Shown here in pieces: positions 10,230 through 20,008 of a stretch of 64,000 nt of DNA (within the stretch, counting starts at the first letter, position 1; each line of letters starts with the position of its first letter). The stretch lies in assembly GCA_964618645.1 (NCBI GenBank), contig CAZUBW010000010.1, forward strand, positions 282-64,281, read 5' to 3'. This DNA is from an uncultured Bacteroidales bacterium (GTDB taxonomy: Bacteria; Bacteroidota; Bacteroidia; Bacteroidales; UBA10428). The position numbers were made by a program, and so were the translations under genes. Below the pieces are notes generated by a model. It was given only the letters and a program-made list of their open reading frames with translations. It searched no databases and was not told the DNA's origin.

Positions 10230-11324
10230 ATGATGAAAAAGTCACCGGGTCATATTATCCTTGTTTTACTTGCTTTTACAGTGATTTTTAGCATTTCGTG
10301 CCGTGAAGTATATTACCCCGATGATATTGAAGAAACCGAGCCGGTATTAAGTATTGATGCCGTTTTGCACGAGGATAGCCTGCCTGTGGTTAGACTTTTG
10401 TGGACGGCTGGTTATTACGAAAGTTATGCGAAACCCGTTCACCGGGCTATTGTGCGTATAGCCGACGATTCGGGCAATTTGGTCATCCTCACTGAAAAAG
10501 AGCAGACGGGAATCTACATGGCAACAGATGCGGGCTTCACCGGAAGGGTGGGGGGTGTTTATACCCTGGAAGTCGAAACCGAAGACGGCAGTGTATATGC
10601 CTCAAACCCGGTTGTGATGCCTCCGAAGCCCGGGGTGGACAGTTTTTATGTTGAACCGGTATTCAGAACAGTTTACTGGTACAGTTCCTATGGAAGACTC
10701 AGAAGTTACGAACAGGGAGGCTTGTCGGTTTGCACCCGTATAGAAGAGGAGGTTTCTGCCGAACATTACTACCGTTTCAGAACACGGGCAGTCAGGCAGG
10801 TTGTTTATACCAAGTGGCCGGGTACCTTGATGGCCACCGCCGGGTATTACTGGACTGTTTTTTACACAAATGAAATTTATGATACAAAGCAATCCGTATT
10901 GTTGAACAATCACCAGCTTGTCAATAGGCACGAAAGCGGATTTCTTGAAGAACCGGTAAGTTTCACGATTGATGTTGAAGATACTGACGCTCCGTATTTC
11001 AGGGGTTGGATTCTTACACACCGGGTTTATGCGGTAACAGAAGATGTTTTTCGTTTTTATGAATCGGTCAGGGACCAGTTGGATGCCGATAATGAAATAT
11101 TTGCACCGGTTCCGGCTCCCCTCGAGAGCAATGTATACTGCGTAAACGATCCGGCCAAAAGGGTTATCGGGGTTTTTGAAGCTTCCTCTTTCAGAACTTT
11201 TTATAAATTCTGTTACATATACGAAACCTATAATACCTCATTTGACCTTCCATGGGTTCCGGAGAATATAGAGAAAGGCACACAACTCAATTTTCCCCCG
11301 GATTTCTGGGTTTATATGCCTTAA
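10230..11324 (+). CDS. DUF4249-like lipoprotein
   Basis: Starts 2 nt after the receptor stop. Lipoprotein-like signal (FSISC). The pattern PVLSIDAVLHEDSLPVVRL...AIVRIADDSGN...GIY...GGVYTLEVETEDGSVYAS resembles DUF4249 proteins, which usually follow CarbopepD_reg TonB receptors. Confidence 0.6.
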   Translation: MMKKSPGHIILVLLAFTVIFSISCREVYYPDDIEETEPVLSIDAVLHEDSLPVVRLLWTAGYYESYAKPVHRAIVRIADDSGNLVILTEKEQTGIYMATDAGFTGRVGGVYTLEVETEDGSVYASNPVVMPPKPGVDSFYVEPVFRTVYWYSSYGRLRSYEQGGLSVCTRIEEEVSAEHYYRFRTRAVRQVVYTKWPGTLMATAGYYWTVFYTNEIYDTKQSVLLNNHQLVNRHESGFLEEPVSFTIDVEDTDAPYFRGWILTHRVYAVTEDVFRFYESVRDQLDADNEIFAPVPAPLESNVYCVNDPAKRVIGVFEASSFRTFYKFCYIYETYNTSFDLPWVPENIEKGTQLNFPPDFWVYMP

Positions 11325-13049
11325 ATGATTAGTATGAAGAATTTGACAGGGTTTTTCTACAGCAGGGCGTTTTTATTCCTATTCTTGCTGGCATTTTTAG
11401 TAAGCACCTTATATGTCCATGGCAGTAGCCACACCTGTAGGGAAATTGTTTTTGTCCATTTCGACAAAGAGGTATACACAGCCGGCAGCGCTGTTCGCTT
11501 TAAAGCATACCTGTTGACACAATCCGGCGAAAGACATAATACCATCGTCTATATTTCAATGCACGGCTGCGATGGCCTGGAAGTTTTTCATGGGCGCATT
11601 CCAGTTATTAACAACATGGCCACCGGGCTTTTTCAGTTGCCCGGGCAATTGCCCGAGGGTATTTATGAGATCAGGGCTTATACCAATGTTATGCGATGCA
11701 CCCATGCGGAAGCTGTTTTCAAGAAGAGCCTTCTTGTGTTGGGTTTTGCTGCAACCAGCGGGGATACGTTGTTTATGCCGGCTGTCGTTCACTGGGAAGT
11801 TCCGGCACCGGTTCAAAAAAATTTTGGAATTGAGATGAAAGTTTCAGGTCAGCAGATTGCCCCGGGCCAGAATATGCATCTTGGCATAAGCAGCAACATT
11901 GAAGATTCGGCTTTTCTTTCGTTGTCGGTTTGCCTCGAAACGCCCTTCGCGGATGTATTGAACGGCTATGAAACAGCCATCTCCGGACCGGCATTTCCGG
12001 GTTCTTCATTGGAAGAAGACAGCCATTGCCTGCAGGAATCAGCGGGTTTTATCCTGGCCGGTACCCTGTTAAAGCGTAGTAACCGTATGCCAGTGTCCGG
12101 TGCGGATTTGCTGCTGGCCGTAACCGACAGTACCTGGCCTGCATTGTTGTATGCAAAAACGGATGAGCAAGGTGATTTCTATTTTTATCTCAATAACCAC
12201 TATGATAACCGCGACCTGGTGATTCAGTTGGCAGACAGTGGCTACCGGGGCGATCTGCTGTGGATGATCGAAGACAAGGGCCTGCATGAGGTTACTGAAA
12301 TGATTGATATTCAACCCAATGATGCGCAGAAAAAATTCCTTCAGCATATCCGGGAACTCCGCATGATTGAGGCTGTGTTTGGTGACGGGCGCGACACGGC
12401 AATTGGACGGGTTTTAACCCCCGGTTATAATGCTTTTTTTAGTCACCCCGACAAGGTAACCAGGCCGGCAGAATACGTTAACCTACATAATTTCAATGAA
12501 ATGGACGATAATATTTTGCCCCTGATCCGCTTTTTCCGCAGGGACAACCGGTATTGTCTTTCGGTATATAACGCCGGGCAAAACAGCTGGTACGAGGATG
12601 TGTTGTTGCTGTTGAACGGTGTGCCCTTTTATGACCAGGAATACATAAGCATGCTAAGCACAAAGCAGGTAAAGCGTGTGGACACCTATACATCGGGTTT
12701 GATTGTTGGGGGAGTTAGTTACGATGGCGTGGTTTCGGTATATACTTACGACAATACACTGCCTGAGGCCTATCTGCAATCGGGCGCCTGTGTATGGCGC
12801 AATCATGTATTGTCCAATGGGTATATCACTGTTCCTGAAACTGTGGACGCAGGAGACCGGATTCCCGATTTCAGGGATAACCTTTGTTTTATGCCTGAGA
12901 TAACCATAGGTCCGGGCGAAACCATTGACATTGCCTTTAAGGGGTCATTACTGGAAGGATCCTACCGTATAAGAATTAAAGGTATAACCGCTTCGGGTGA
13001 ACCGGTCAGTCTTTCATCTCGTTTTATCATACAACAGGACCATGAATAA
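11325..13049 (+). CDS. hypothetical membrane-anchored/secreted protein with MG2-like N-terminal segment (574 aa)
   Basis: The ATG directly abuts the upstream stop. N-terminal hydrophobic helix. The segment FDKEVYTAGSAVRFKAYLL resembles the start of macroglobulin MG2-type beta-sandwich domains. Confidence 0.6.
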   Translation: MISMKNLTGFFYSRAFLFLFLLAFLVSTLYVHGSSHTCREIVFVHFDKEVYTAGSAVRFKAYLLTQSGERHNTIVYISMHGCDGLEVFHGRIPVINNMATGLFQLPGQLPEGIYEIRAYTNVMRCTHAEAVFKKSLLVLGFAATSGDTLFMPAVVHWEVPAPVQKNFGIEMKVSGQQIAPGQNMHLGISSNIEDSAFLSLSVCLETPFADVLNGYETAISGPAFPGSSLEEDSHCLQESAGFILAGTLLKRSNRMPVSGADLLLAVTDSTWPALLYAKTDEQGDFYFYLNNHYDNRDLVIQLADSGYRGDLLWMIEDKGLHEVTEMIDIQPNDAQKKFLQHIRELRMIEAVFGDGRDTAIGRVLTPGYNAFFSHPDKVTRPAEYVNLHNFNEMDDNILPLIRFFRRDNRYCLSVYNAGQNSWYEDVLLLLNGVPFYDQEYISMLSTKQVKRVDTYTSGLIVGGVSYDGVVSVYTYDNTLPEAYLQSGACVWRNHVLSNGYITVPETVDAGDRIPDFRDNLCFMPEITIGPGETIDIAFKGSLLEGSYRIRIKGITASGEPVSLSSRFIIQQDHE

Positions 13050-13719
13050 AAAGCAGTTGTTGGTATTTATGGCACTTTGCGTTTTTTTGCCGGGCAACGC
13101 GCAGGAGATGGAATATCCCTGCAGGTATTGTGCCGATTATAATCTGTACCTCCGGCAGGGTTTAAGTGGCCAGGTTTACAACAACCCGGTACCGGGTTAT
13201 ATGGGTGAACGGTATTTTGGCGAATGGCGGAAGGGAACCCTTTATTTCGAAAATGGTGATTCGGTTACCGGCGTTGATTTGCGTTACGAGAAGTACCTCG
13301 ATGAGTTGCTATTTCTTAACGCGGAATTAAAGGCCGGAGTGCTGCAAAAGTCGGGTATAAAAGGTTTTACCATTTACAATGATCATGGCGCGAACTTTAT
13401 TTTTATAAAGCGATACCTTAAGCTCAGTACCGACACAGATACGCTTCCGCACTTTATGCAATGGCTGATAGCGGGCAATGTCTCGTTGTATGTCAATAGG
13501 AAGGTAGTAAAATCGGATTATGGAAAGCTTGAAAATGCCGATCAGTATTATTTATACTATGCCGGCAGGCATTACCAGGTGAGGTTACGGCGGAAAGAGT
13601 TGCTCAGGTTGCCATTTGTATCGCCTCAGGCAATGAAGGCCCTGCTCAGAAAGGGCAGGATAAGGGTAAATGACGAAGCAGGCCTGGTAAAAGCAATTAC
13701 TTTCTACAATGAACATTGA
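13042..13719 (+). CDS. hypothetical secreted protein (225 aa)
   Basis: The internal ATG at 13042 gives a clean signal peptide (MNKKQLLVFMALCVFLPGNAQ). It overlaps the upstream stop by 8 nt (ATGAATAA). The ORF-track start at 12997 is probably spurious. Confidence 0.6.
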   Translation: MNKKQLLVFMALCVFLPGNAQEMEYPCRYCADYNLYLRQGLSGQVYNNPVPGYMGERYFGEWRKGTLYFENGDSVTGVDLRYEKYLDELLFLNAELKAGVLQKSGIKGFTIYNDHGANFIFIKRYLKLSTDTDTLPHFMQWLIAGNVSLYVNRKVVKSDYGKLENADQYYLYYAGRHYQVRLRRKELLRLPFVSPQAMKALLRKGRIRVNDEAGLVKAITFYNEH

Positions 13720-13726
13720 TAACCAA

Positions 13727-13835
13727 CAGCTATTAGCCATTGGCTATTAGCTGTTAGCCAATAGCCAAAGGCTAAAGGCCAAAGGCTAAAGCCTGCCTGA
13801 GCGGCAGCGCAGGCAGGGCTAATAGCTAACGGCTG
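13727..13835. repeat. variant short-repeat/palindromic intergenic element (copy D)
   Basis: GCTAWTAGC-type words occur four times. (CYAAAGG)x4 heptamers sit at about 13764-13792. An 8-bp stem hairpin CCTGCCTG-N10-CAGGCAGG lies at 13792-13817. The element sits between two convergent genes. Confidence 0.7.
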
Positions 13836-13862
13836 ATTATTTGCATTTTAAGGTTTTCCCAA

Positions 13863-14804
13863 TCAAACCAGAATGTTGGTTGTAAGGTTGGTGATGCTGG
13901 TTTTGATGGCATCAAAGGGCAATCCGTCCTTGGTTGAGTCCTGTTCAACAATCATGTATTTCATGCCGGCGATGTCTTTGGCAGCCAGAATTTCCTTGAA
14001 ATTAATGACACCGGCGCCCACGGGTGCAAAATCAGTAACCCCGTCGGTCGTATAAAATGGCGCTTCGTTGGTAAACATGTCCTTCATGTGGAAGAGCTGG
14101 AACCTGCCGGGGTATTTGTTAAATATCTCTACGGGGTTCTGGCCTGCCTTGATGGTCCAGAAGAAGTCGATTTCCATGGTTACCAGGTCCTTGTCGAGTT
14201 CGGTCATGAATACATCGAAATAAGGAATTTTACCTTCCACGGTGTCGAATTCGAAGTTGTGGTTGTGATATCCAAACTGGATACCGGTTTCCTTCATGAT
14301 TTTGCCTACCAGGTTCCAGTCGGCCACCATTTTCTGGTAGCTGGCGATGGTGGTCCGGGCTTCGGGCACAACCCAGGGTTGCACGCAATATTTGACGCCC
14401 AGTTTGGCGTGGTCTTCGGCCATTATTTTGGCGTTGTCGAGGGTTATACCTTCGGCTTCAACCTGCGTGTGGCTGCTGATAATTTCCATACCCAGGTCGT
14501 TGACCAGTTTTTTAAAATCGGCTGGTTCCATACCGTAGAATTTCCGGTCGGCATAACCAGCCAGTTCGATGTATTTATACCCCATATCGGCAACTTTTTT
14601 CAGCGAACCGGGTGCGTCAATTCCCATGGCATCGCGAATGGTATATAATTGCAATCCGATGCCGAAAGATTTCGGGTCAACCACCGGACTTTCGGTAACA
14701 GGTTTACCGGCATTCTTGCAGGCAAAATGCGACAGTGTAATCATTCCCAGGGCTCCTGCAGCAGAAACCCTCAGGAAGTCCCTTCGTGAAGTGTTTTGTT
14801 TCAT
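13863..14804 (-). CDS. sugar phosphate isomerase/epimerase (xylose isomerase-like TIM barrel) with Tat signal
   Basis: N-terminal twin-arginine motif SRRDFLRVSAAGALG. The body has the GYKYIELAG, GYHNHNFEF and LFHMKD pattern typical of AP endonuclease 2 / xylose isomerase-like TIM barrel proteins. Confidence 0.85.
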   Translation of the reverse strand: MKQNTSRRDFLRVSAAGALGMITLSHFACKNAGKPVTESPVVDPKSFGIGLQLYTIRDAMGIDAPGSLKKVADMGYKYIELAGYADRKFYGMEPADFKKLVNDLGMEIISSHTQVEAEGITLDNAKIMAEDHAKLGVKYCVQPWVVPEARTTIASYQKMVADWNLVGKIMKETGIQFGYHNHNFEFDTVEGKIPYFDVFMTELDKDLVTMEIDFFWTIKAGQNPVEIFNKYPGRFQLFHMKDMFTNEAPFYTTDGVTDFAPVGAGVINFKEILAAKDIAGMKYMIVEQDSTKDGLPFDAIKTSITNLTTNILV

Positions 14805-14903
14805 CCGTTCTCGATTTATTAAGTTAATAGTTGGTCAAAAAATGAACCCTAAATATAGTACAAAAGTCAATACGGATGGGAAATGCTTTGTTTATTTTGG
14901 CAT

Positions 14904-15194
14904 GCCGGGTGCCGGGTGCTAGGTGCTAGGTGCTGGGTGCTGGGTGCTGGGTGCCGGGTGCTGGATGCTGGGTGCTGGGTACTAGGTGCTGGGTGCTGGG
15001 TGCTGGGTGCTGGGTGCTGGGTACTGGGTGCTGGATGCTGGGTGCTGGGTGCTGGATACTGGCCCCTGACTGCCGCTGCTACTGCCACTGCTACTGCCAC
15101 TGCCACTTTCTTGGCTCTTGCCTCTTGCCTCTTGGTTTTTCTCTTGCTCATTACTCCAACTCTTGCTGATTTTTGTCCCTATTCCTGATTCCTG
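14904..15194 (-). repeat. modular heptamer-repeat intergenic element, copy B (inverted, largest)
   Basis: The plus strand shows about 23 tandem GCTGGGT-type 7-mers (14904-15062), then GCTGCTACTGCCACTGCTACTGCC, then CTCTTGC units. It ends with TTGTCCCTATTC (reverse complement GAATAGGGACAA) and two ATTCCTG units. It is the reverse complement of the architecture of copies A and C. Confidence 0.85.
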
Positions 15195-15282
15195 TCAGCC
15201 AACCGCATCCTTAATCTGCCTGTTTGGGACAGGCAAACGAAAATATTTTTGACGTACTTGTTGTTTTTGAGAAAAAAACGTC

Positions 15283-15290
15283 TACCTTTG
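15283..15290 (+). promoter_or_regulatory. candidate -7 promoter box (TACCTTTG) of the rpsL ribosomal operon
   Basis: Exact TAnnTTTG match 40 nt upstream of the rpsL ATG. T-rich TTTG motifs lie upstream at 15248-15251 and 15266-15269, but their spacing to a -33 element is ambiguous. Confidence 0.5.
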
Positions 15291-15330
15291 CAAGCCAATT
15301 TTGAAGAAAAAATATACAAAAAAAGCATAG

Positions 15331-15705
15331 ATGCCAACGATACAGCAATTAGTAAGAAAGGGCAGGTCGACAAATGTAGACAAGAGCAAGGCTCCGGCCC
15401 TGAATGCTTGTCCCCAGAAGCGCGGAGTTTGCACCCGCGTGTATACCACCACCCCCAAGAAGCCCAATTCGGCTATGCGTAAGGTAGCAAGGGTAAGGCT
15501 TCAGCATGGAATTGAGGTTACGGCTTACATTCCGGGCGAAGGTCATAATCTGCAGGAGCACTCCATTGTTATGATCCGTGGAGGCAGGGTTAAGGATTTG
15601 CCGGGTGTTCGTTACCACATTATAAGGGGTGCGCTCGACACTTCGGGTGTTGAAGGTCGCAACCAGCGCCGTTCGAAATATGGCACCAAGAAACCTAAAA
15701 AATAA
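15331..15705 (+). CDS. rpsL: 30S ribosomal protein S12
   Basis: [12 protein letters not shown]..., [16 protein letters not shown], and str-operon synteny. Confidence 0.98.
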   Translation: MPTIQQLVRKGRSTNVDKSKAPALNACPQKRGVCTRVYTTTPKKPNSAMRKVARVRLQHGIEVTAYIPGEGHNLQEHSIVMIRGGRVKDLPGVRYHIIRGALDTSGVEGRNQRRSKYGTKKPKK

Positions 15706-15729
15706 TCTGCGTTTTGAATAGACAAGAAA

Positions 15730-16206
15730 ATGAGAAAGTCAAAACCAAAAAAAAGAATACTGTTACCCGATCCGAAGTACAATGATACGTTGGTAACCCG
15801 TTTTGTGAACAACATGATGACCAGGGGCAAGAAGAGCATTGCGTATGAAGTTTTTTACGATGCACTTGACCTGGTTCAGAAGCGCGCCAAGGATATTGAA
15901 GTTACACCCCTCGATATCTGGAAGAAAGCATTGGAAAACATTACGCCCCAGGTTGAGGTAAAGAGCCGCAGGGTTGGTGGAGCCACTTTCCAGGTTCCTA
16001 CCGAGATACGGCCCGACCGCAAGATTTCCATCAGCATGAAGAACCTGATCCTTTATTCGCAAAAGAGAGCAGGCAATTCCATGAGTGACAAACTGGCATC
16101 GGAAATACTTGCAGCTTTCAAGGAAGAAGGAGCGGCATATAAGAAAAAAGAAGATACACATAAAATGGCAGAAGCTAACAAGGCATTTGCGCACTTCAGG
16201 TTCTAA
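15730..16206 (+). CDS. rpsG: 30S ribosomal protein S7
   Basis: Motifs [16 protein letters not shown] and [16 protein letters not shown]. Located between rpsL and fusA. Confidence 0.98.
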   Translation: MRKSKPKKRILLPDPKYNDTLVTRFVNNMMTRGKKSIAYEVFYDALDLVQKRAKDIEVTPLDIWKKALENITPQVEVKSRRVGGATFQVPTEIRPDRKISISMKNLILYSQKRAGNSMSDKLASEILAAFKEEGAAYKKKEDTHKMAEANKAFAHFRF

Positions 16207-16267
16207 CAAGGATATTTGACATTGCGGTTTTTAGCCTATAGTTACACTAGCTGATAATTAGTGCAGA

Positions 16268-18376
16268 ATGAATTTTGACTTGAATTATACCAGGAATATT
16301 GGCATTATGGCCCATATTGACGCCGGCAAGACTACCACTACCGAGCGCATCCTGTTTTATACTGGTATGACTCACCGACTGGGAGAAGTGCATGATGGTA
16401 CAGCCACCATGGACTGGATGGTTCAGGAACAGGAGAGAGGGATAACAATTACTTCAGCAGCAACCACTGCTTTTTGGGATTACCAGAATCAAAAATACAA
16501 AATCAACATCATAGATACACCGGGGCACGTCGACTTTACCGTTGAGGTTGAAAGGTCGTTGCGTGTTCTCGATGGTGCCATTGCAGTATTCTGTGCCGTA
16601 GGAGGCGTTCAGCCACAGTCGGAAACTGTTTGGCGGCAAGCCAATAAGTACAACGTACCCCGTATCGCGTTCATTAATAAAATGGACCGCACGGGTGCTG
16701 ACTTTTTTGGTGTTGTGCGTCAGATCAAGGAAAAGCTTGGTTCCAATCCGGTTCCCATGCAAATTCCCATTGGTGCCGAAGACAGTTTCAGAGGCCTGGT
16801 TGATCTGATTGAGCGGAAAGCAGTTGTTTGGGTACCCGACGAAAAGCTTGGCATACGGTATGAGTATGTTGACATTCCCGAGGATATGGTGGATCAGGTG
16901 GAAGAATGGCGTGAAAAGCTTATCGAAGCAGTTTGTTATACTGATGATGATCTGCTGGAGCGTTTTCTCGAAGACCGCAATTCTATTACCGTTGAGGAGT
17001 TTATGGAGCACACCCGCAATGCTGTGATCAACCAGCGCATTGTTCCGGTGCTATGCGGCGCTTCTTTTAAGAATAAAGGCATACAGCGTTTACTGAATGC
17101 CATTTGCGCGTTGCTGCCCAGTCCGCTGGATATACCCACTGTAGAGGGTCGCAACCCGTATACCGAAAAAACAGAAGAACGCAAAGCAATTGAAACCGAA
17201 CCGCTGACAGCCCTGGCTTTTAAAATTGCCACGGATCCGTTTGTGGGCAGGCTTACTTACCTGAGGGTATATTCGGGAGCCATTGATGCAGGCATGCAGG
17301 TGCTGAATCCGCGTACCGGTAAAAAGGAGCGTATCAACAGGCTTTACCAGATGCATGCCAACAAACAGAATCCCCGCGAACGAATTGAAGCAGGGGACAT
17401 ATGTGGTGTAGTTGGGTTAAAAGATGTGGTGACAGGTGATACCTTGTGCGACATTAAGCATCCCATCTACCTCGAAACCATGACATTCCCCGATCCGGTA
17501 ATTGGTGTTGCCATAGAGCCTAAAACCCAGGCCGATGTTGACAGGCTTGGTATGGCATTGGGAAAGCTAGCCGAGGAGGATCCCACTTTTAAGGTTAAAG
17601 TTGATGAAGATTCAGGTCAGACCGTCATTAGCGGCATGGGTGAGCTTCATCTTGAGATATTGGTTGACCGGCTGAAACGTGAGTTCAATGTCGAATGCAA
17701 CCAGGGCGCACCACAGGTAGCTTACAAAGAAGCACTTACTACCGTGGTGAAACACCGCGAAACTTTCAAAAAGCAAACCGGTGGTCGCGGCAAATTTGCC
17801 GACATCGTTTTCGAACTTGCTCCGGTGAGTGAAGGCGAAACCGGGTTGGTTTTTGTGGATGAGGTAAAGGGCGGCAATATTCCGCGTGAATATGTACCTT
17901 CGGTTGAGAAGGGTTTCCGCGAAGCCATGCGTAATGGTGTGCTGGCCGGATTCCCCATGGACAGTCTGAAAGTTACACTGAAAGACGGATCGTTTCACCC
18001 GGTGGATTCCGATTCGTTGTCATTTGAAATAGCTGCAAAGCAGGGATTCAAGAATGCGCTGCGTAAGAGCAAGGTCAGCCTGCTCGAGCCTGTCATGAAA
18101 ATTGAAGTGGTGACACCCGAGGAAAACATGGGGGATATCATTGCCGATTTCAACAGGCGGCGCGGGCAGATTACTGGCATGGAATCGCAGGCAACATTAA
18201 GGGTTGTACTGGCCAATGTTCCGCTGGCAGAAATGTTCGGGTATGTTACCGTATTGCGGACACTCTCGTCGGGCCGTGCCACGTCAACCATGGAATTTTC
18301 GCATTACGATATACTGCCGCCTGCATTGGCCGCTGATGTAATTGAAAAGGCTACGGGAACCAAAATTGTTGTATAA
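16268..18376 (+). CDS. fusA: elongation factor G
   Basis: G1 motif [28 protein letters not shown]. 702 aa. Confidence 0.98.
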   Translation: MNFDLNYTRNIGIMAHIDAGKTTTTERILFYTGMTHRLGEVHDGTATMDWMVQEQERGITITSAATTAFWDYQNQKYKINIIDTPGHVDFTVEVERSLRVLDGAIAVFCAVGGVQPQSETVWRQANKYNVPRIAFINKMDRTGADFFGVVRQIKEKLGSNPVPMQIPIGAEDSFRGLVDLIERKAVVWVPDEKLGIRYEYVDIPEDMVDQVEEWREKLIEAVCYTDDDLLERFLEDRNSITVEEFMEHTRNAVINQRIVPVLCGASFKNKGIQRLLNAICALLPSPLDIPTVEGRNPYTEKTEERKAIETEPLTALAFKIATDPFVGRLTYLRVYSGAIDAGMQVLNPRTGKKERINRLYQMHANKQNPRERIEAGDICGVVGLKDVVTGDTLCDIKHPIYLETMTFPDPVIGVAIEPKTQADVDRLGMALGKLAEEDPTFKVKVDEDSGQTVISGMGELHLEILVDRLKREFNVECNQGAPQVAYKEALTTVVKHRETFKKQTGGRGKFADIVFELAPVSEGETGLVFVDEVKGGNIPREYVPSVEKGFREAMRNGVLAGFPMDSLKVTLKDGSFHPVDSDSLSFEIAAKQGFKNALRKSKVSLLEPVMKIEVVTPEENMGDIIADFNRRRGQITGMESQATLRVVLANVPLAEMFGYVTVLRTLSSGRATSTMEFSHYDILPPALAADVIEKATGTKIVV

Positions 18377-18397
18377 ACGAATGTAAGACCAATATAC

Positions 18398-18703
18398 ATG
18401 AGCCAGAAAATCAGAATCAAGCTTAAATCTTACGATCATAACCTGGTGGATAAGTCTGCCGAGAAGATTGTAAAGACGGTCAAGACTACCGGTGCTGTCG
18501 TCAGCGGTCCGATTCCGCTGCCAACACACAAAAGGATTTTTACCGTATTACGGTCACCCTTTGTAAACAAGAAATCAAGGGAGCAGTTTCAACTTTCGTC
18601 GCATAAGCGGTTACTGGACATTTACAGTTCAACGCCAAAAACCATTGATGCGTTGATGAAACTGGAATTGCCCAGTGGTGTTGAAGTTGAGATTAAAGTC
18701 TGA
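18398..18703 (+). CDS. rpsJ: 30S ribosomal protein S10
   Basis: [14 protein letters not shown]..., GPIPLPT, and synteny. Confidence 0.98.
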   Translation: MSQKIRIKLKSYDHNLVDKSAEKIVKTVKTTGAVVSGPIPLPTHKRIFTVLRSPFVNKKSREQFQLSSHKRLLDIYSSTPKTIDALMKLELPSGVEVEIKV

Positions 18704-18723
18704 AACACTTAATTTGTTAAGAG

Positions 18724-19353
18724 ATGCCAGGATTAGTTGGAAAGAAGGTCGGGATGACCTCAATATTCGATGAGAACGGGGTGAATATCCCCTGCACAGT
18801 TCTCGAAGTTGGTCCCTGTGTGGTTACACAGGTTAAGACCTCCGAAAAAGAAGGTTATAAAGCGCTTCAACTGGCCTTTGATGACAAGAAGGAGAAGAAT
18901 ACTCCATCCGCCATGAAAGGACATTTCAAGAAAGCCAATACCACCCCAAAACGTAAACTTGTTGAGCTCAGTGGTTTTGTTCGCGACTGGCAGCTCGGCG
19001 ACGTAATTACGGTGGATTACTTCAAAGATGATGAATGGCTTGATGTAACTGCAATATCAAAAGGAAAGGGATTTCAGGGCGTTGTTACACGTCACGGATT
19101 CAGCGGTATTGTTGGGACAACGCATGGACAGCACGACAGGGAAAGAGCTCCCGGTTCGCTGGGTGGATCTTCGTGGCCCTCTCGTGTAATGAAGGGCATG
19201 CGTATGGCAGGGCAAACCGGACAGCGCAATATTAAGATCCTTAACCTGAAGGTTGTTAAGATCATTCCCGAGAATAATCTTTTGTTATTGAAAGGATCGA
19301 TACCCGGGGCAAAAGGATCCTATGTTGTTGTTGAAAGTCCCGAAAGAATATAA
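18724..19353 (+). CDS. rplC: 50S ribosomal protein L3
   Basis: [13 protein letters not shown] and GKGFQGVV motifs, plus synteny. Confidence 0.97.
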   Translation: MPGLVGKKVGMTSIFDENGVNIPCTVLEVGPCVVTQVKTSEKEGYKALQLAFDDKKEKNTPSAMKGHFKKANTTPKRKLVELSGFVRDWQLGDVITVDYFKDDEWLDVTAISKGKGFQGVVTRHGFSGIVGTTHGQHDRERAPGSLGGSSWPSRVMKGMRMAGQTGQRNIKILNLKVVKIIPENNLLLLKGSIPGAKGSYVVVESPERI

Positions 19354-19366
19354 TAAACTGTGAACA

Positions 19367-19990
19367 ATGGAATTAGCAGTATTTAATAAAACAGGAAAGG
19401 AAACCGGCCGCAAGGTTGAGCTTAAGGATACCATTTTTTCGGTAGAGCCGAATGATCATGCCATTTACCTTGATGTAAAGCAGTACCTGGCCAATAAGCG
19501 GCAGGGTACACATAAGGCCAAGGAGCGTAATGAGATCTCCGGCAGCACCCGTAAACTAAAACGGCAGAAAGGTACCGGCGGAGCACGCGCGGGCAGTATT
19601 AAAAACCCCTTGTTCACCGGTGGTGGAAGGGTATTTGGACCGCAACCGCGTGACTACAGTTTCAAGCTTAACAAGAAGGTTAAACAGCTTGCGCGTAAAT
19701 CGGCGCTGACTTATAAAGCCAGGAACAACGAAATTATGGTGCTGGAAGACTTCAGCCTTGAGGTTCCCAAGACCAAAGATTACATTTCCGTACTGGCAAA
19801 CCTGAACATCAGTGGTAAAAAGTCCTTAGTTGTTCTGAATGAACCAAATAAAAATATATATTTGTCGTCCCGGAATTTACCTGGAACAAGAGTCGTAATT
19901 GCTTCGGAATTAACCACATACGACATTCTTAATAGCGCTTCTCTTGTATTTTTTGAGAGTTCACTCGACAATATTCAGAAGAGTCTGTAA
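19367..19990 (+). CDS. rplD: 50S ribosomal protein L4
   Basis: [16 protein letters not shown] and FGPQPRDY motifs, plus synteny. Confidence 0.97.
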   Translation: MELAVFNKTGKETGRKVELKDTIFSVEPNDHAIYLDVKQYLANKRQGTHKAKERNEISGSTRKLKRQKGTGGARAGSIKNPLFTGGGRVFGPQPRDYSFKLNKKVKQLARKSALTYKARNNEIMVLEDFSLEVPKTKDYISVLANLNISGKKSLVVLNEPNKNIYLSSRNLPGTRVVIASELTTYDILNSASLVFFESSLDNIQKSL

Positions 19991-20008
19991 CCGTCTAATA
20001 ACTTAGAA

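Noticed and set aside
12997-13041. Upstream extensions of ORF-track starts: 12997, TTG 33317 for eno, 44975 for the GT2 gene, TTG 57675 for the SPOR gene, TTG 28986 for map, and TTG 3255 for the DMT gene
   Set aside because: The internal ATGs give canonical N-termini. These are the signal peptide MNKKQLL, the enolase start [13 protein letters not shown], the GT2 start MDLSVIIVNYN, and the signal/anchor MQKAKRWF. They also remove long overlaps with upstream genes.
14088-14648. 186-aa plus-strand ORF
   Set aside because: It is antisense to the well-supported Tat-signal sugar phosphate isomerase gene and has a repetitive Val/Phe/Gly-rich composition. It is a shadow ORF.
14904-15062. Possible CRISPR array
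   Set aside because: The repeat unit is 7 nt with no unique spacers, and there are no cas genes in the window. This is tandem microsatellite-like structure, not a CRISPR array.
14867-15188. ORFs of 79-101 aa running through the heptamer array (for example the PAPSTQH-repeat ORF on the minus strand and the LGAGCWV-repeat ORFs on the plus strand). Similar ORFs occur at 3993-4363 and 34624-34892.
   Set aside because: Several frames on both strands are open only because a 7-nt tandem repeat lacks stop codons. The products are pure 7-aa low-complexity repeats with no start context. The elements are intergenic and differ in unit number. They are treated as non-coding repeats.
15216-15234. Hairpin TGCCTGT-TTGGG-ACAGGCA near copy B, considered as the counterpart of the CCTGCC/GGCAGG hairpin ending copy A
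   Set aside because: In copy B it lies at the opposite (5') end relative to element orientation, and copy C has no equivalent. It is therefore not counted as a conserved part of the element.
18377-18397. Absence of tuf between fusA and rpsJ, and absence of adk between secY and map (28970-28988), considered as possible deletions
   Set aside because: Both are the normal gene order in Bacteroidota, where tuf lies in a separate tRNA-secE-nusG cluster. The junctions are short and clean.
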